IMG/VR virus record: IMGVR_UViG_3300020380_000001
Location: 242,501 to 306,500 of that record
Strand: one strand, 5' to 3'
DNA: 64,000 nt
A model generated the notes under the pieces. It saw nothing but the letters and a program-made list of their open reading frames with translations, searched no databases and had not been told where the DNA came from. Made by a program: the position numbers and the translations under genes. Positions 56,109 through 64,000 of this stretch are shown here, one piece after another (the first letter of the stretch is position 1; every line of letters begins with the position of its first letter).

Positions 56109-58142
56109 TTATTCGTCTACACTCACGTACCAACTAGCAGGCCTTACAAGATTTAATGTTTGTGTGAAATTACCTTCATCAAATACATGTGTTACTTCTA
56201 AAACTCGATATACATTTGTCATAGCCGGGTCGGGTTTTGTTCCTGGCTTATTCTCGTATGCCAAGTCCTTTTTCATATTGTTAACTTGTAGATAAATGTA
56301 CTGATCGTACGGCAAATTAAAACTAAGCCAATCAGGATCGCCTTGTATTTTAATCTCACCTGTTGCTGCAACATCAAAGTCTTCAAACAACTCACGAACA
56401 ATACTTTCGCTTTCAATTATTACACCGTCACGAGTGTCGCCTATTACTCCGTGCGACTTTTCTTTCTGGTCAGCTATGTCATATACATACGACGGCACTG
56501 TGTTGAAAAACTCAGCGTCACTGCTATGCGACGGCGTAGATTTGGTTGTTACCAGATTAGCAGAAGGCGCGGTGTCTGATTCAGCTGTGGTCCTTACGTC
56601 ATTTGTCTGTGCCTTTTTGCCCGGTGCGTTAACCGAGTTCATAAATTTACTAAGGTTATCCGGGCGCAGAGCTCTATGCCAGGTGAAGTCAATCTCAACG
56701 TCAAAGTCAATTACAGATTGGTTTTTACCAGTAAAAATATAGTTGTATTGTTTATAAAGATATACACCGTATTGGGTGTATTCATTACTAAGCAGAGACT
56801 CTTTCCTAAAACGCGCAGGCCCAGTAACATCAACTCGTGCTTTTCTACGCTTGCGCACAATATAATAATAGTCGTAAATGTTCCTGTTAGCGTCTTCTGA
56901 ATATGACACTGGACGTACATCAGTCTCAATAGTGTAGTAATCAACACTAGATAAATTCCCTGACTTCTCCTTTTTGGGGCGATCCACTACCGCATAATGC
57001 AAGCGAGTATGTTTCATTAAGCTGCGAATAACAGTAACAATGTCAGTCTTGGAATTAACTTTAAGGTCTTCTATATTGAATGCTTTATTTTCAGTAGACT
57101 TGGAGTTAATTGCGAATTCCAATTCTTGGTCGTTAAACCCTTCAAATATTACGACTGATTTCTCGCGCAATGAACTCATGATAATATTGTATTTTAGCTC
57201 GCCGTCTGATTCATTAAGCACGCGTTGAGCTCGGTGCTTGGCAGTTTGACCTATCTTTTTAAACAGTTCGCCTTCTTCGTAGTTTCCGTTACTGCCGGTG
57301 GCACCTAAAACATCCTTGATAGATTTCATCTTCTTTAGTTCTTGGGACGTTATAGTGACTTCATAATCTAGATCTACTGCGGTTTTTTGCAGTGCAAGCG
57401 AGTTAAGGCCAACGAGTTCTATTTCGTATTGTGAACCGTTGGAATCCATCTTAGTGCGTATTCTAACTACTTTAAATCGTATTGTTTGTTTGGATATTTG
57501 CTCAGTACCAAACTTCACAACTTCAGGCGCGTTGGTTGTAGATCGTCCTGTAAACCAAATATTAAGATACGTAGGTACCGAGATAGGACTGGATCCCAGA
57601 TCCAATGTCTTAATACCTTCTATGATTTTTTCAGGAAGCGTGCACCCGTTAGGCTCAGTAATAGTCATGCGTGCCTTTATAGAGGGCATACTACTTTCAG
57701 AACCAGTGGATGTATGGATTGTTACTAACTCAAACTTAGAGATGATCAGTTCACTGGCGCCTGTTTTGGCTAGCACATATTTGGATCCACCGTCGTCGGG
57801 TAAGTTACCCACAGATGTAAGGTCGTCAATAACTGAGTACCTATCCATACGTAAATCACCCGCAGCGTCCAAGTCCAATTTAGCCATGAACCATTCAAGG
57901 TTATACATGTTTGTGTGATACTTGTAAAGCGGGTTACCATCGTCTAGTACTTCGCTACTTTGTTCCCTGTCTGTTTGAGTAATATCATCATCAAGAGGCA
58001 CGTTTTGTCGGCCGCCCGAGTTCTCGAAAGCAGTAACTTCTTGACGTCTATTACTTTCATCAACAAGTGGTGAAAAGTCATTCCCCGTTTCTGTCACAGT
58101 GAACGGGTTAAACGGATTCGGTTCTACTTTATTATTACTCAT
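56109..58142 (-). CDS. baseplate hub-like protein (gp27-like position)
   Basis: NPL..Y...YN, I.EP.G..L, K.YNYIFTG.N..VIDF, I.GDP.WL, Y.V..V.H.F..G.FTQ.L. Confidence 0.65.
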   Translation of the reverse strand: MSNNKVEPNPFNPFTVTETGNDFSPLVDESNRRQEVTAFENSGGRQNVPLDDDITQTDREQSSEVLDDGNPLYKYHTNMYNLEWFMAKLDLDAAGDLRMDRYSVIDDLTSVGNLPDDGGSKYVLAKTGASELIISKFELVTIHTSTGSESSMPSIKARMTITEPNGCTLPEKIIEGIKTLDLGSSPISVPTYLNIWFTGRSTTNAPEVVKFGTEQISKQTIRFKVVRIRTKMDSNGSQYEIELVGLNSLALQKTAVDLDYEVTITSQELKKMKSIKDVLGATGSNGNYEEGELFKKIGQTAKHRAQRVLNESDGELKYNIIMSSLREKSVVIFEGFNDQELEFAINSKSTENKAFNIEDLKVNSKTDIVTVIRSLMKHTRLHYAVVDRPKKEKSGNLSSVDYYTIETDVRPVSYSEDANRNIYDYYYIVRKRRKARVDVTGPARFRKESLLSNEYTQYGVYLYKQYNYIFTGKNQSVIDFDVEIDFTWHRALRPDNLSKFMNSVNAPGKKAQTNDVRTTAESDTAPSANLVTTKSTPSHSSDAEFFNTVPSYVYDIADQKEKSHGVIGDTRDGVIIESESIVRELFEDFDVAATGEIKIQGDPDWLSFNLPYDQYIYLQVNNMKKDLAYENKPGTKPDPAMTNVYRVLEVTHVFDEGNFTQTLNLVRPASWYVSVDE

Positions 58143-58411
58143 ATTTGAATGTTGTCTCTGTTTGGTACTTTTATGCTTAGGCCAGCCACAAAGTCATGTA
58201 TAGGATCTTCGATTAAGTCCTTGTTGTGTTGCCAAAAAACCCAGAATAATCGCTCGTCACCGTATAGTTCACTAGCCAATAAATCAGGGCGTTGATGATG
58301 TGCATTAGAAATGACTATTGTCCTATCATCACGGGATTTAGCTATACTAACCGGCTGCCACAGATCGCGATAAAAATCGCGCAGGGGCGTGTTTTTATAA
58401 GGGTTACTCAT
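58139..58411 (-). CDS. baseplate wedge protein, gp53-like (LysM-like)
   Basis: RPDLLA.ELYGD.RL.WVF...N.D.I.DPI.DF..G..I.VP. Confidence 0.85.
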   Translation of the reverse strand: MSNPYKNTPLRDFYRDLWQPVSIAKSRDDRTIVISNAHHQRPDLLASELYGDERLFWVFWQHNKDLIEDPIHDFVAGLSIKVPNRDNIQI

Positions 58412-59022
58412 TAGTAGAATCCTTTAATTGCGTTTTGTCCAGTCGCGTATTGTTCTATATCAAAATCAGTGAGTGACTCGTTCGCAGGGTATACCGGCGA
58501 TAGGGTAATGTTTATGGTGGCTTTTACTTGTACTCGCCCGTACTCAGTATCCACATAATCAGAATCCTGGTTGTTAATCGGCACGACAAAGTTCTTCATA
58601 ACTACTGGTACTTTGTTGTAGATGAAGTCGCCGTTAGAGCTAAACTCTAATATTGGCGGCGGGGCGCCTGCGCCTTGGCTCTTACCTATAAAACCTTTAG
58701 TCACGGTTCTACAAAACTGAATCGCGCCTATAAAATAATGCGCTTTGTGCTTAGTGTTGTTTACGAACGGTAGCACCACTGAAATGTCGTTTACTGCACT
58801 ACGTTTCCAAGAATAAATGTTATGATTGGTATGAACCAAATCGTTGCTGGTGTAGTCAGCCTGAGCACTGATGTTTATCTCGGGCGGTAGCAAAAACGCG
58901 ATGCCGTTCCTTGATTGATCAGGGTTGGCTTCGTTTCTAGACGACAGGAAGCTCATAGGTTCTTTCCCAAACCACTCCCCATATGCGTCATTTTTTATAA
59001 ATAGTCCACCTTTGCCGATCAC
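58411..59022 (-). CDS. tail-tube initiator / gp48-gp54-like baseplate protein
   Basis: P.I...A.Y....L.H.N, F.RTVTK.F.G, GAPPP.L.F...G...Y..VPVV..F. Confidence 0.65.
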   Translation of the reverse strand: MIGKGGLFIKNDAYGEWFGKEPMSFLSSRNEANPDQSRNGIAFLLPPEINISAQADYTSNDLVHTNHNIYSWKRSAVNDISVVLPFVNNTKHKAHYFIGAIQFCRTVTKGFIGKSQGAGAPPPILEFSSNGDFIYNKVPVVMKNFVVPINNQDSDYVDTEYGRVQVKATINITLSPVYPANESLTDFDIEQYATGQNAIKGFY

Positions 59023-59042
59023 GTTAATACTCCATTTTCTAA

Positions 59043-59090
59043 TATTTAGCTATCAAAAAGTTGCATTCTGTTTGGGATCTATGCTATAAT
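59043..59090. promoter_or_regulatory. back-to-back promoters: late CTAAATA (minus) and sigma70 extended -10 (plus, drives the late sigma gene)
   Basis: TATTTAG 59043-59049; TTGCAT (59061)-18 nt-TATAAT (59085) with TGn. Confidence 0.72.
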
Positions 59091-59155
59091 GTAGAAGATA
59101 TCTTCCCGCGCACAGATGCGGAATAAAAACAATAATAATAAAAATCGAGGATATA

Positions 59156-59956
59156 ATGTCAAACACCGATAATTCGCACTACCTGAAAAACCGCGAAATG
59201 ACAGCGGAAATCAACAAGTGCAAATACACTTATTGTCATTTCATTTCACCAGAATACCAGAGATACGAAGGAATTCTCGAGGGTTCGTATAAGGACATTT
59301 TCTCTAAAGCCGTAGACGAGGATGGGGTCGAGTTTCAACCGCATATCGTAAAAGCTGTTAAACGGTACGCTAAAAACAAGCGCAACGAAACAGGCCAAGT
59401 AGTGGCTGTTGAAGATGTTGACTTGAGCGATGTTGTTTTCAGAGTAATGACTGACGAACACATACCTACCGACGAGACAGGCGAGCCCATAAAACTTAAC
59501 TTCCCTGCTTTCAAGCATTACATTGTAACCGACTTAGAAAAGGAAGAGGTTAAAGAAGTGGGTAAGAGCCACCACTCAGACGAAAATACGTTTTCGATGA
59601 CACACGGCAAAACTTCCAATAAACTGGGAGAGATTTACCTACTTATGGTTAATCGCTATGGCGGCCGCTATAATTGGCGCGGGTACTCTTATCTTGATGA
59701 TATGAAAGGCCAAGCACTTACACAATTAGCAAAAGTTGGCTTGATGTTCAACGAAGCTAAGGGCACAGATCATCCAAACCCGTTTGCTTATTACACTACT
59801 ATTATTAAACGTTGTTTTAGTAAAGTAATAAAAGACGAGAAACGAGTGAGCGAGATTCGCGACAGCTTGTTAATGGACGCAGATCGTGACCCAAGTAACG
59901 CTAAGCAACTTGAACTAGAATCAGCTTACCGTAACCGCTATAGTGAGGACGACTAA
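59156..59956 (+). CDS. late-transcription sigma factor, T4 gp55-like
   Basis: HYL.N.E, NWRGYSY.DDMKG.AL, FNE.K..NPFAYYT.II..CF...I..EK; upstream of gp47/gp46 as in T4-like phages. Confidence 0.85.
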   Translation: MSNTDNSHYLKNREMTAEINKCKYTYCHFISPEYQRYEGILEGSYKDIFSKAVDEDGVEFQPHIVKAVKRYAKNKRNETGQVVAVEDVDLSDVVFRVMTDEHIPTDETGEPIKLNFPAFKHYIVTDLEKEEVKEVGKSHHSDENTFSMTHGKTSNKLGEIYLLMVNRYGGRYNWRGYSYLDDMKGQALTQLAKVGLMFNEAKGTDHPNPFAYYTTIIKRCFSKVIKDEKRVSEIRDSLLMDADRDPSNAKQLELESAYRNRYSEDD

Positions 59957-60978
59957 TGGATTTTCAGCAGTTCGAAAGATCTATTATTTTTACCGATATT
60001 CACTTCGGGTTACGCAACAACTCGGCTACACACAACCAAGATTGCCTTGATTTCTTAGACGCGATGATCGCACACGCGCACGCCAACAATTGCGAAACTG
60101 CCATTTTTATGGGTGACTGGCATCACAGCCGTAACCAAATAAATGTGAGCACGCTCAATTACACACACCGTGCACTGGGCAAATTAAGTCAGAATTTCAA
60201 GCAAGTATTTTTCATAGTTGGTAACCACGATCTATTTTACCGTGACAAACGTGATATTCACTCAATTCCTATGAGCGAGCTGTACCCTAATATCATGCCA
60301 ATTACTGAAATTACTACAGTAGGTAACGCTACATTTGTTCCTTGGTTGGTCGGCGACGAATGGAAGAAAGTGAAGAAGATCAAGTCAAAATACATCTTCG
60401 GCCACTTCGAAATCCCAGGTTTTAGAATGAACAATATTGTTGAAGTTCCAGACCATGGTGAAATTAGCTCGTCCCACTTTAAGTACTCTGACTGGGTGTT
60501 TTCAGGACACTTGCACAAGCGCCAAATTAACGGTAACATTATCTATACCGGTAATTGTTTCCCGCATGATTACGGTGATTCAGGCGACACTGATAGAGGA
60601 TGGTGTACGCTCACTGATGGCGAAAAGCCAGAGTTACACAACTGGGAGGGTTGCCCAAGATTCATCCGCTGTAACCTTAGTGAAATCGCAGCGGATCCTG
60701 ACAAGTTCCTTATTCCGAAAGCGTATATTAAGGCAGTAACTGATGTTGATTTAAGTTACGAAGAAGTCGCGCATATGAAAGAAACGTTCCAGAACAGCTT
60801 TAATATACGCGAGTTCAGGCTAGTGGCTCCCAGTGAATCAGTTGACGGTGATTCTGAACTTACGCAAGAAGAAGAATCCCAAAGTGTTGACGAGATTGTA
60901 ACAAAACAAATCGAAGACCTTGAGTCTGATTCTTTTGATAAGAAACTACTTTTAGACATTTACAACGAGCTGGGTTAA
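59956..60978 (+). CDS. recombination endonuclease subunit, gp47 / Mre11-SbcD-like
   Basis: TDIHFG, GDW.H, GNHD, GHFE, SGH.H metallophosphoesterase motifs. Confidence 0.93.
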   Translation: MDFQQFERSIIFTDIHFGLRNNSATHNQDCLDFLDAMIAHAHANNCETAIFMGDWHHSRNQINVSTLNYTHRALGKLSQNFKQVFFIVGNHDLFYRDKRDIHSIPMSELYPNIMPITEITTVGNATFVPWLVGDEWKKVKKIKSKYIFGHFEIPGFRMNNIVEVPDHGEISSSHFKYSDWVFSGHLHKRQINGNIIYTGNCFPHDYGDSGDTDRGWCTLTDGEKPELHNWEGCPRFIRCNLSEIAADPDKFLIPKAYIKAVTDVDLSYEEVAHMKETFQNSFNIREFRLVAPSESVDGDSELTQEEESQSVDEIVTKQIEDLESDSFDKKLLLDIYNELG

Positions 60979-60996
60979 CCAGCTCTAGGAGTTACT

Positions 60997-61203
60997 ATGA
61001 GTTGCACACATGAAAGACAAGTTGATCCTGAGTGGGTGACGGAAACATGTAGCTGGACAGGCGAAGAAATTAGTCGCTGGGAGTACCACGAACCAGTTTC
61101 AACCTTTGTTGACGTATCTACTCATTCATATAAATGCACCCAGTGTGGCGAAGTGTTTTATTACTCACAACGCGGGAAACAAATAGAAGAAGGCAAGCTT
61201 TAA
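60997..61203 (+). CDS. small putative zinc-binding protein (68 aa)
   Basis: AGGAG SD; MSCTHE...YKCTQCGE; TAATG-coupled to gp46. Confidence 0.7.
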   Translation: MSCTHERQVDPEWVTETCSWTGEEISRWEYHEPVSTFVDVSTHSYKCTQCGEVFYYSQRGKQIEEGKL

Positions 61204-62993
61204 TGTCATTGAACATTGAATATTTAACTATCAAAAACTTTATGTCAATCGGTAATGTAACCCAGTCTGTACAATTTAAAAATGGTGAATTGTATCTTGT
61301 ACTAGGTGAAAACCTTGACTTAGGCGGTAATGATAACCGAAACGGCGTGGGTAAGACAACTATTGTTAACGCCCTTTGTTATGTGCTTTACGGCAAGCCA
61401 CTAAGCGGGAATATCAAGCTCAATAACTTGATAAACAAAACAAACGGCAAGGGCATGATGTGCGGTGTGTCGTTTACTAAAGATGGCAAGCGCTATAAAA
61501 TAGAGCGCGGTCGTGGTCCTGCTGTGTTTAAGCTTTATATTGACGACAAAGAAGTAGAAGACACTGACGAAGACGACAACCAAGCGCGTGGCGAGAGTAA
61601 AAATACCCAGGTCCAAATTACCAAAATCCTTGGTATGCAATACGAGATGTTTCGTAATATTGTTACAATGACAACCCACACAGATCCTTTTTTAAAGATG
61701 CGTCCAATTGAACAGCGTGAAATTATTGAAGAGCTGTTGGGTGTGACAGTGTTGTCTGAAAAAGCCTCGTTACTTGCTGACATGAAGCGTAAGACTAAAG
61801 AACTAATTCGCGATGAAGAGGTTCAAATTAATGCTGTCAAGAAGTCAAACGAAACTTTCCAAAGCAACATTAAGTCGCTACAAACTCGCAGCGTGGCATG
61901 GGAGCGATCCAAACAAAACAATATCAACAACTACGCAAGTGAACTAGAAAAGCTTGACAACCTTGATATTGATATTGAGCTTGAGGGTCACAAAACGCAT
62001 GCAGAAGCTCGCGAACACGCGTCAAAAGTATCTACTGTTACAAACGAGTTAAGACACACCGAAAGTCAAATTAAGCGCCACGATACTGCTATTAAGAAAG
62101 CGGAAAAGCAGTTAGCGGGGCTAGATCATTCCGAAGAGTGTCCTACGTGTAATCAAACAATAGGCGCTGACATCAGGGATCGTTTGCGTGATGAAGCTAA
62201 TCAAACAATTGAAAAGCATGCAGCTGAAATCACTACTTTAAGTGAAACTTACGAAAAACAAGCTGCTGAGCTCAGTAAGTTGAATGAAAAGCAATTCATC
62301 AAGTACGAACTAGAGTACAGATCGTACGAGGAGGCACTAGAGCACAAGAGTAAAATAACAGCGCTTGCTGACAAGCTCGAAGATGTAATTAGCTCAGAAA
62401 ACCCGTACACTGATCAAATACAGCAACTACAGGACGAGGGTATCCAAGAAATAAACTACGATACGCTCAACGAGTTAACTAAGCGTTTAGATCACGAAGA
62501 GTACTTGTTTAAGTTAATGAATAACAAAGACTCGTTTATTCGTAAGAAAGTCATTAATCAGAACCTAGCGTTCCTTAACTCGCGTCTTAAATCATATTTG
62601 GATCAACTATCTTTACCACACCAAGTTGTATTCCAAGCAGATCTAAGCGTCGATATACAAGAACACGGGCGTGACTTAGACTTCGATAACCTTAGTAGGG
62701 GTGAGCGAACACGTTTAAGTCTAGGGCTTTCTTGGGCGTTCCGTGATGTTTTTGAACATATGAACACGTCTGTAAACGTGATGATGATCGACGAACTATT
62801 GGACAACGGGCTAGACGTCAACGGTGTTGAGTGTGCGCTCCGTACTCTTAAAAACCATGTTCGTAACTCTAATAAGTGTGTACACCTTGTATCGCATAGA
62901 GATGAGCTTGTAGGCCGCGTTAATAATACTATTAAAGTAATTAAAGAAAACGGTTTCACCACAATAGAAGACGAAAGCACCACTGACGCTTAA
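61203..62993 (+). CDS. recombination endonuclease ATPase subunit, gp46 / Rad50-SbcC-like
   Basis: KNFMS.GN, NGVGKTT, zinc hook CPTC, signature LSRGE, Walker B MIDELLD, SH; start ATG 61203. Confidence 0.94.
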   Translation: MSLNIEYLTIKNFMSIGNVTQSVQFKNGELYLVLGENLDLGGNDNRNGVGKTTIVNALCYVLYGKPLSGNIKLNNLINKTNGKGMMCGVSFTKDGKRYKIERGRGPAVFKLYIDDKEVEDTDEDDNQARGESKNTQVQITKILGMQYEMFRNIVTMTTHTDPFLKMRPIEQREIIEELLGVTVLSEKASLLADMKRKTKELIRDEEVQINAVKKSNETFQSNIKSLQTRSVAWERSKQNNINNYASELEKLDNLDIDIELEGHKTHAEAREHASKVSTVTNELRHTESQIKRHDTAIKKAEKQLAGLDHSEECPTCNQTIGADIRDRLRDEANQTIEKHAAEITTLSETYEKQAAELSKLNEKQFIKYELEYRSYEEALEHKSKITALADKLEDVISSENPYTDQIQQLQDEGIQEINYDTLNELTKRLDHEEYLFKLMNNKDSFIRKKVINQNLAFLNSRLKSYLDQLSLPHQVVFQADLSVDIQEHGRDLDFDNLSRGERTRLSLGLSWAFRDVFEHMNTSVNVMMIDELLDNGLDVNGVECALRTLKNHVRNSNKCVHLVSHRDELVGRVNNTIKVIKENGFTTIEDESTTDA

Positions 62994-63008
62994 ATCTTAT
63001 TTCTTGTT

Positions 63009-63034
63009 AAAAAGGCAGCTACGGCTGCCTTTTT
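63009..63034 (+). terminator. intrinsic terminator with cUACGg loop
   Basis: AAAAAGGCAGC-TACG-GCTGCCTTTTT. Confidence 0.88.
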
Positions 63035-63042
63035 CATGTATA

Positions 63043-63049
63043 CTAAATA
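63043..63049 (+). promoter_or_regulatory. late promoter motif CTAAATA
   Basis: 32 nt upstream of ATG 63081. Confidence 0.7.
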
Positions 63050-63080
63050 CCACACAAAGCATGCTTTTTAGGTGACATAA

Positions 63081-63908
63081 ATGAAAATAAACGAAATCAC
63101 TGAAGGTTATAGTTACCTTCCGAAAATTGACAGAGAGCGCTACCAAGAGCGCGATGGTCTTGAAGGGCCAATAATGACCCGCAGCGGTAAAGTTGTATAC
63201 TATGACCCAAAAGCCGGGCAGCACTATGATCCAGATACTGACATTTACTTGTCGTATGACGAGTTTAATGCACTAGATAATGCTACCGGGCCTAAAGCAG
63301 AAAGCATTGGCGCGCCGCAGCGTGAGCCGGAACCGATTGAGGACTGGGAAGAGGATCTAATTGATCCAGCCACCGGCGAATATTACGACGACTTGGACGA
63401 AAGCGACAATGCTGAAGATTTGTTAAGAGGCAAGAAGTGGGCTGACGAGCGTTATATAAAGCGTAGCAACGAATGGTTGGCGCACGCTAAAGAAAACTAC
63501 AGTCCAGTTTCAATAGCGTATATTAAATGGGTAATAGCTAACGGGCACTTAGTTCCTAACTCCGAGTCAGTGTTTTTGGGCTGGACACGCGCAATGAAGG
63601 TTCCTAAGTCTAGCGCAAGCCAAGTATGGGGTGAAGTTTTTAAAACTAAAATGAGTCCTGTATTACTGTCCAAGTTAAGCGAGTCTATTAACGAAACTAT
63701 CGACAACGAGGGCGAAATTGTAGATCTTTACGCTAAGTTAAAAGACTGGCGTGCATCTGCGCTTTCTGGGTATGCCCGAAAAGTTGGGGTACCGGATGAT
63801 GTAGTCAACCCAATTAAACGCGATGAAGAAGAACTGCTAGACGAAATTATGGGGCACTTATTCGGTGATGACTGGATGATAGTCCTTATGAATAAAGAGT
63901 TAGTGTAG
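63081..63908 (+). CDS. late multi-module hypothetical protein, candidate internal head protein
   Basis: N-terminal MKINEITE; module GLEGP....GKVVYYDPK.G..YDPDTD.YL; acidic linkers; late promoter. Confidence 0.7.
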   Translation: MKINEITEGYSYLPKIDRERYQERDGLEGPIMTRSGKVVYYDPKAGQHYDPDTDIYLSYDEFNALDNATGPKAESIGAPQREPEPIEDWEEDLIDPATGEYYDDLDESDNAEDLLRGKKWADERYIKRSNEWLAHAKENYSPVSIAYIKWVIANGHLVPNSESVFLGWTRAMKVPKSSASQVWGEVFKTKMSPVLLSKLSESINETIDNEGEIVDLYAKLKDWRASALSGYARKVGVPDDVVNPIKRDEEELLDEIMGHLFGDDWMIVLMNKELV

Positions 63909-63946
63909 TTTTTTAAACTTTTTTTGAAATTATTTTCAAATAAGTC

Positions 63947-63974
63947 TTGTGTTTGAATGTCATTTTGCTATTAT
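63947..63974 (+). promoter_or_regulatory. sigma70-like promoter for the next gene (outside the window)
   Basis: TTGTGT-16 nt-TATTAT with TGn and AT-rich upstream region. Confidence 0.4.
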
Positions 63975-64000
63975 AACGATGTAGGCAATAATGCAGACAA

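Noticed and set aside
61134-61202. Longer N-terminus of gp46 given by the ORF track
   Set aside because: Overlaps the zinc-finger gene; family similarity begins at MSLNIEYLTIKNF (ATG 61203)
1851-63706. Many 60-190 aa antisense or alternate-frame ORFs in the track (e.g. 2682-3137, 6674-7123, 19331-19897, 54321-54806, 57439-57918)
   Set aside because: They lie within well-supported genes, are Ser/Thr-rich shadows and show no motifs
1-64000. Bacterial chromosome or prophage interpretation suggested by clpA, clpP, clpS, groES and phoH
   Set aside because: These genes are interleaved with gp44-, gp46-, gp47-, gp55-like, spanin and baseplate genes; there is no host synteny and no integrase or att site
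1-64000. CRISPR arrays, tRNA, tmRNA or rRNA genes
   Set aside because: No repeat-spacer periodicity, and no cloverleaf or T-loop signature in the short intergenic gaps (by eye; tRNAscan not run)

Overview
The whole window reads as one contiguous segment of a large lytic dsDNA myovirus, not a bacterial chromosome. It looks like a T4-distant jumbo phage with gene order reminiscent of Rak2/GAP32/XacN1/Atu_ph07-type phages (from recalled family knowledge; no search was run). It is densely coding, mostly on the minus strand, in the standard genetic code. Left half (1-27.2 kb): accessory and replication genes (macro domain, cyclic-phosphate receiver, ClpA, spanins, PhoH, HAD nucleotidase, gp44-like clamp loader, GroES, dCMP deaminase, DnaE-like fragment, MazG, ClpP, ExoX, ClpS, a glycosyltransferase/methyltransferase-like/GNAT cluster, and a vWA-metallopeptidase with two AAA ATPases). 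Right half (27.2-59 kb): a tail/baseplate module (four paralogous fibre-like proteins, a peptidase-G2 fibre, 3504-aa and 1310-aa wedge proteins, gp25, gp5-like spike, hub, gp53-like and tube-initiator-like proteins), followed by a gp55-like late sigma factor, gp47 and gp46. Highlights: (1) a complete phage-encoded ClpA-ClpP-ClpS N-degron protease whose three parts sit in different transcription units; (2) a late promoter motif (C/G/A)TAAATA readable from the sequence, often back-to-back with sigma70 promoters; (3) a modular fibre family including a Calx-beta domain split by a ~244-aa inserted domain; (4) several small ORFs missed by the ORF track. No tRNA, rRNA, CRISPR array, integrase or transposase was found by eye.
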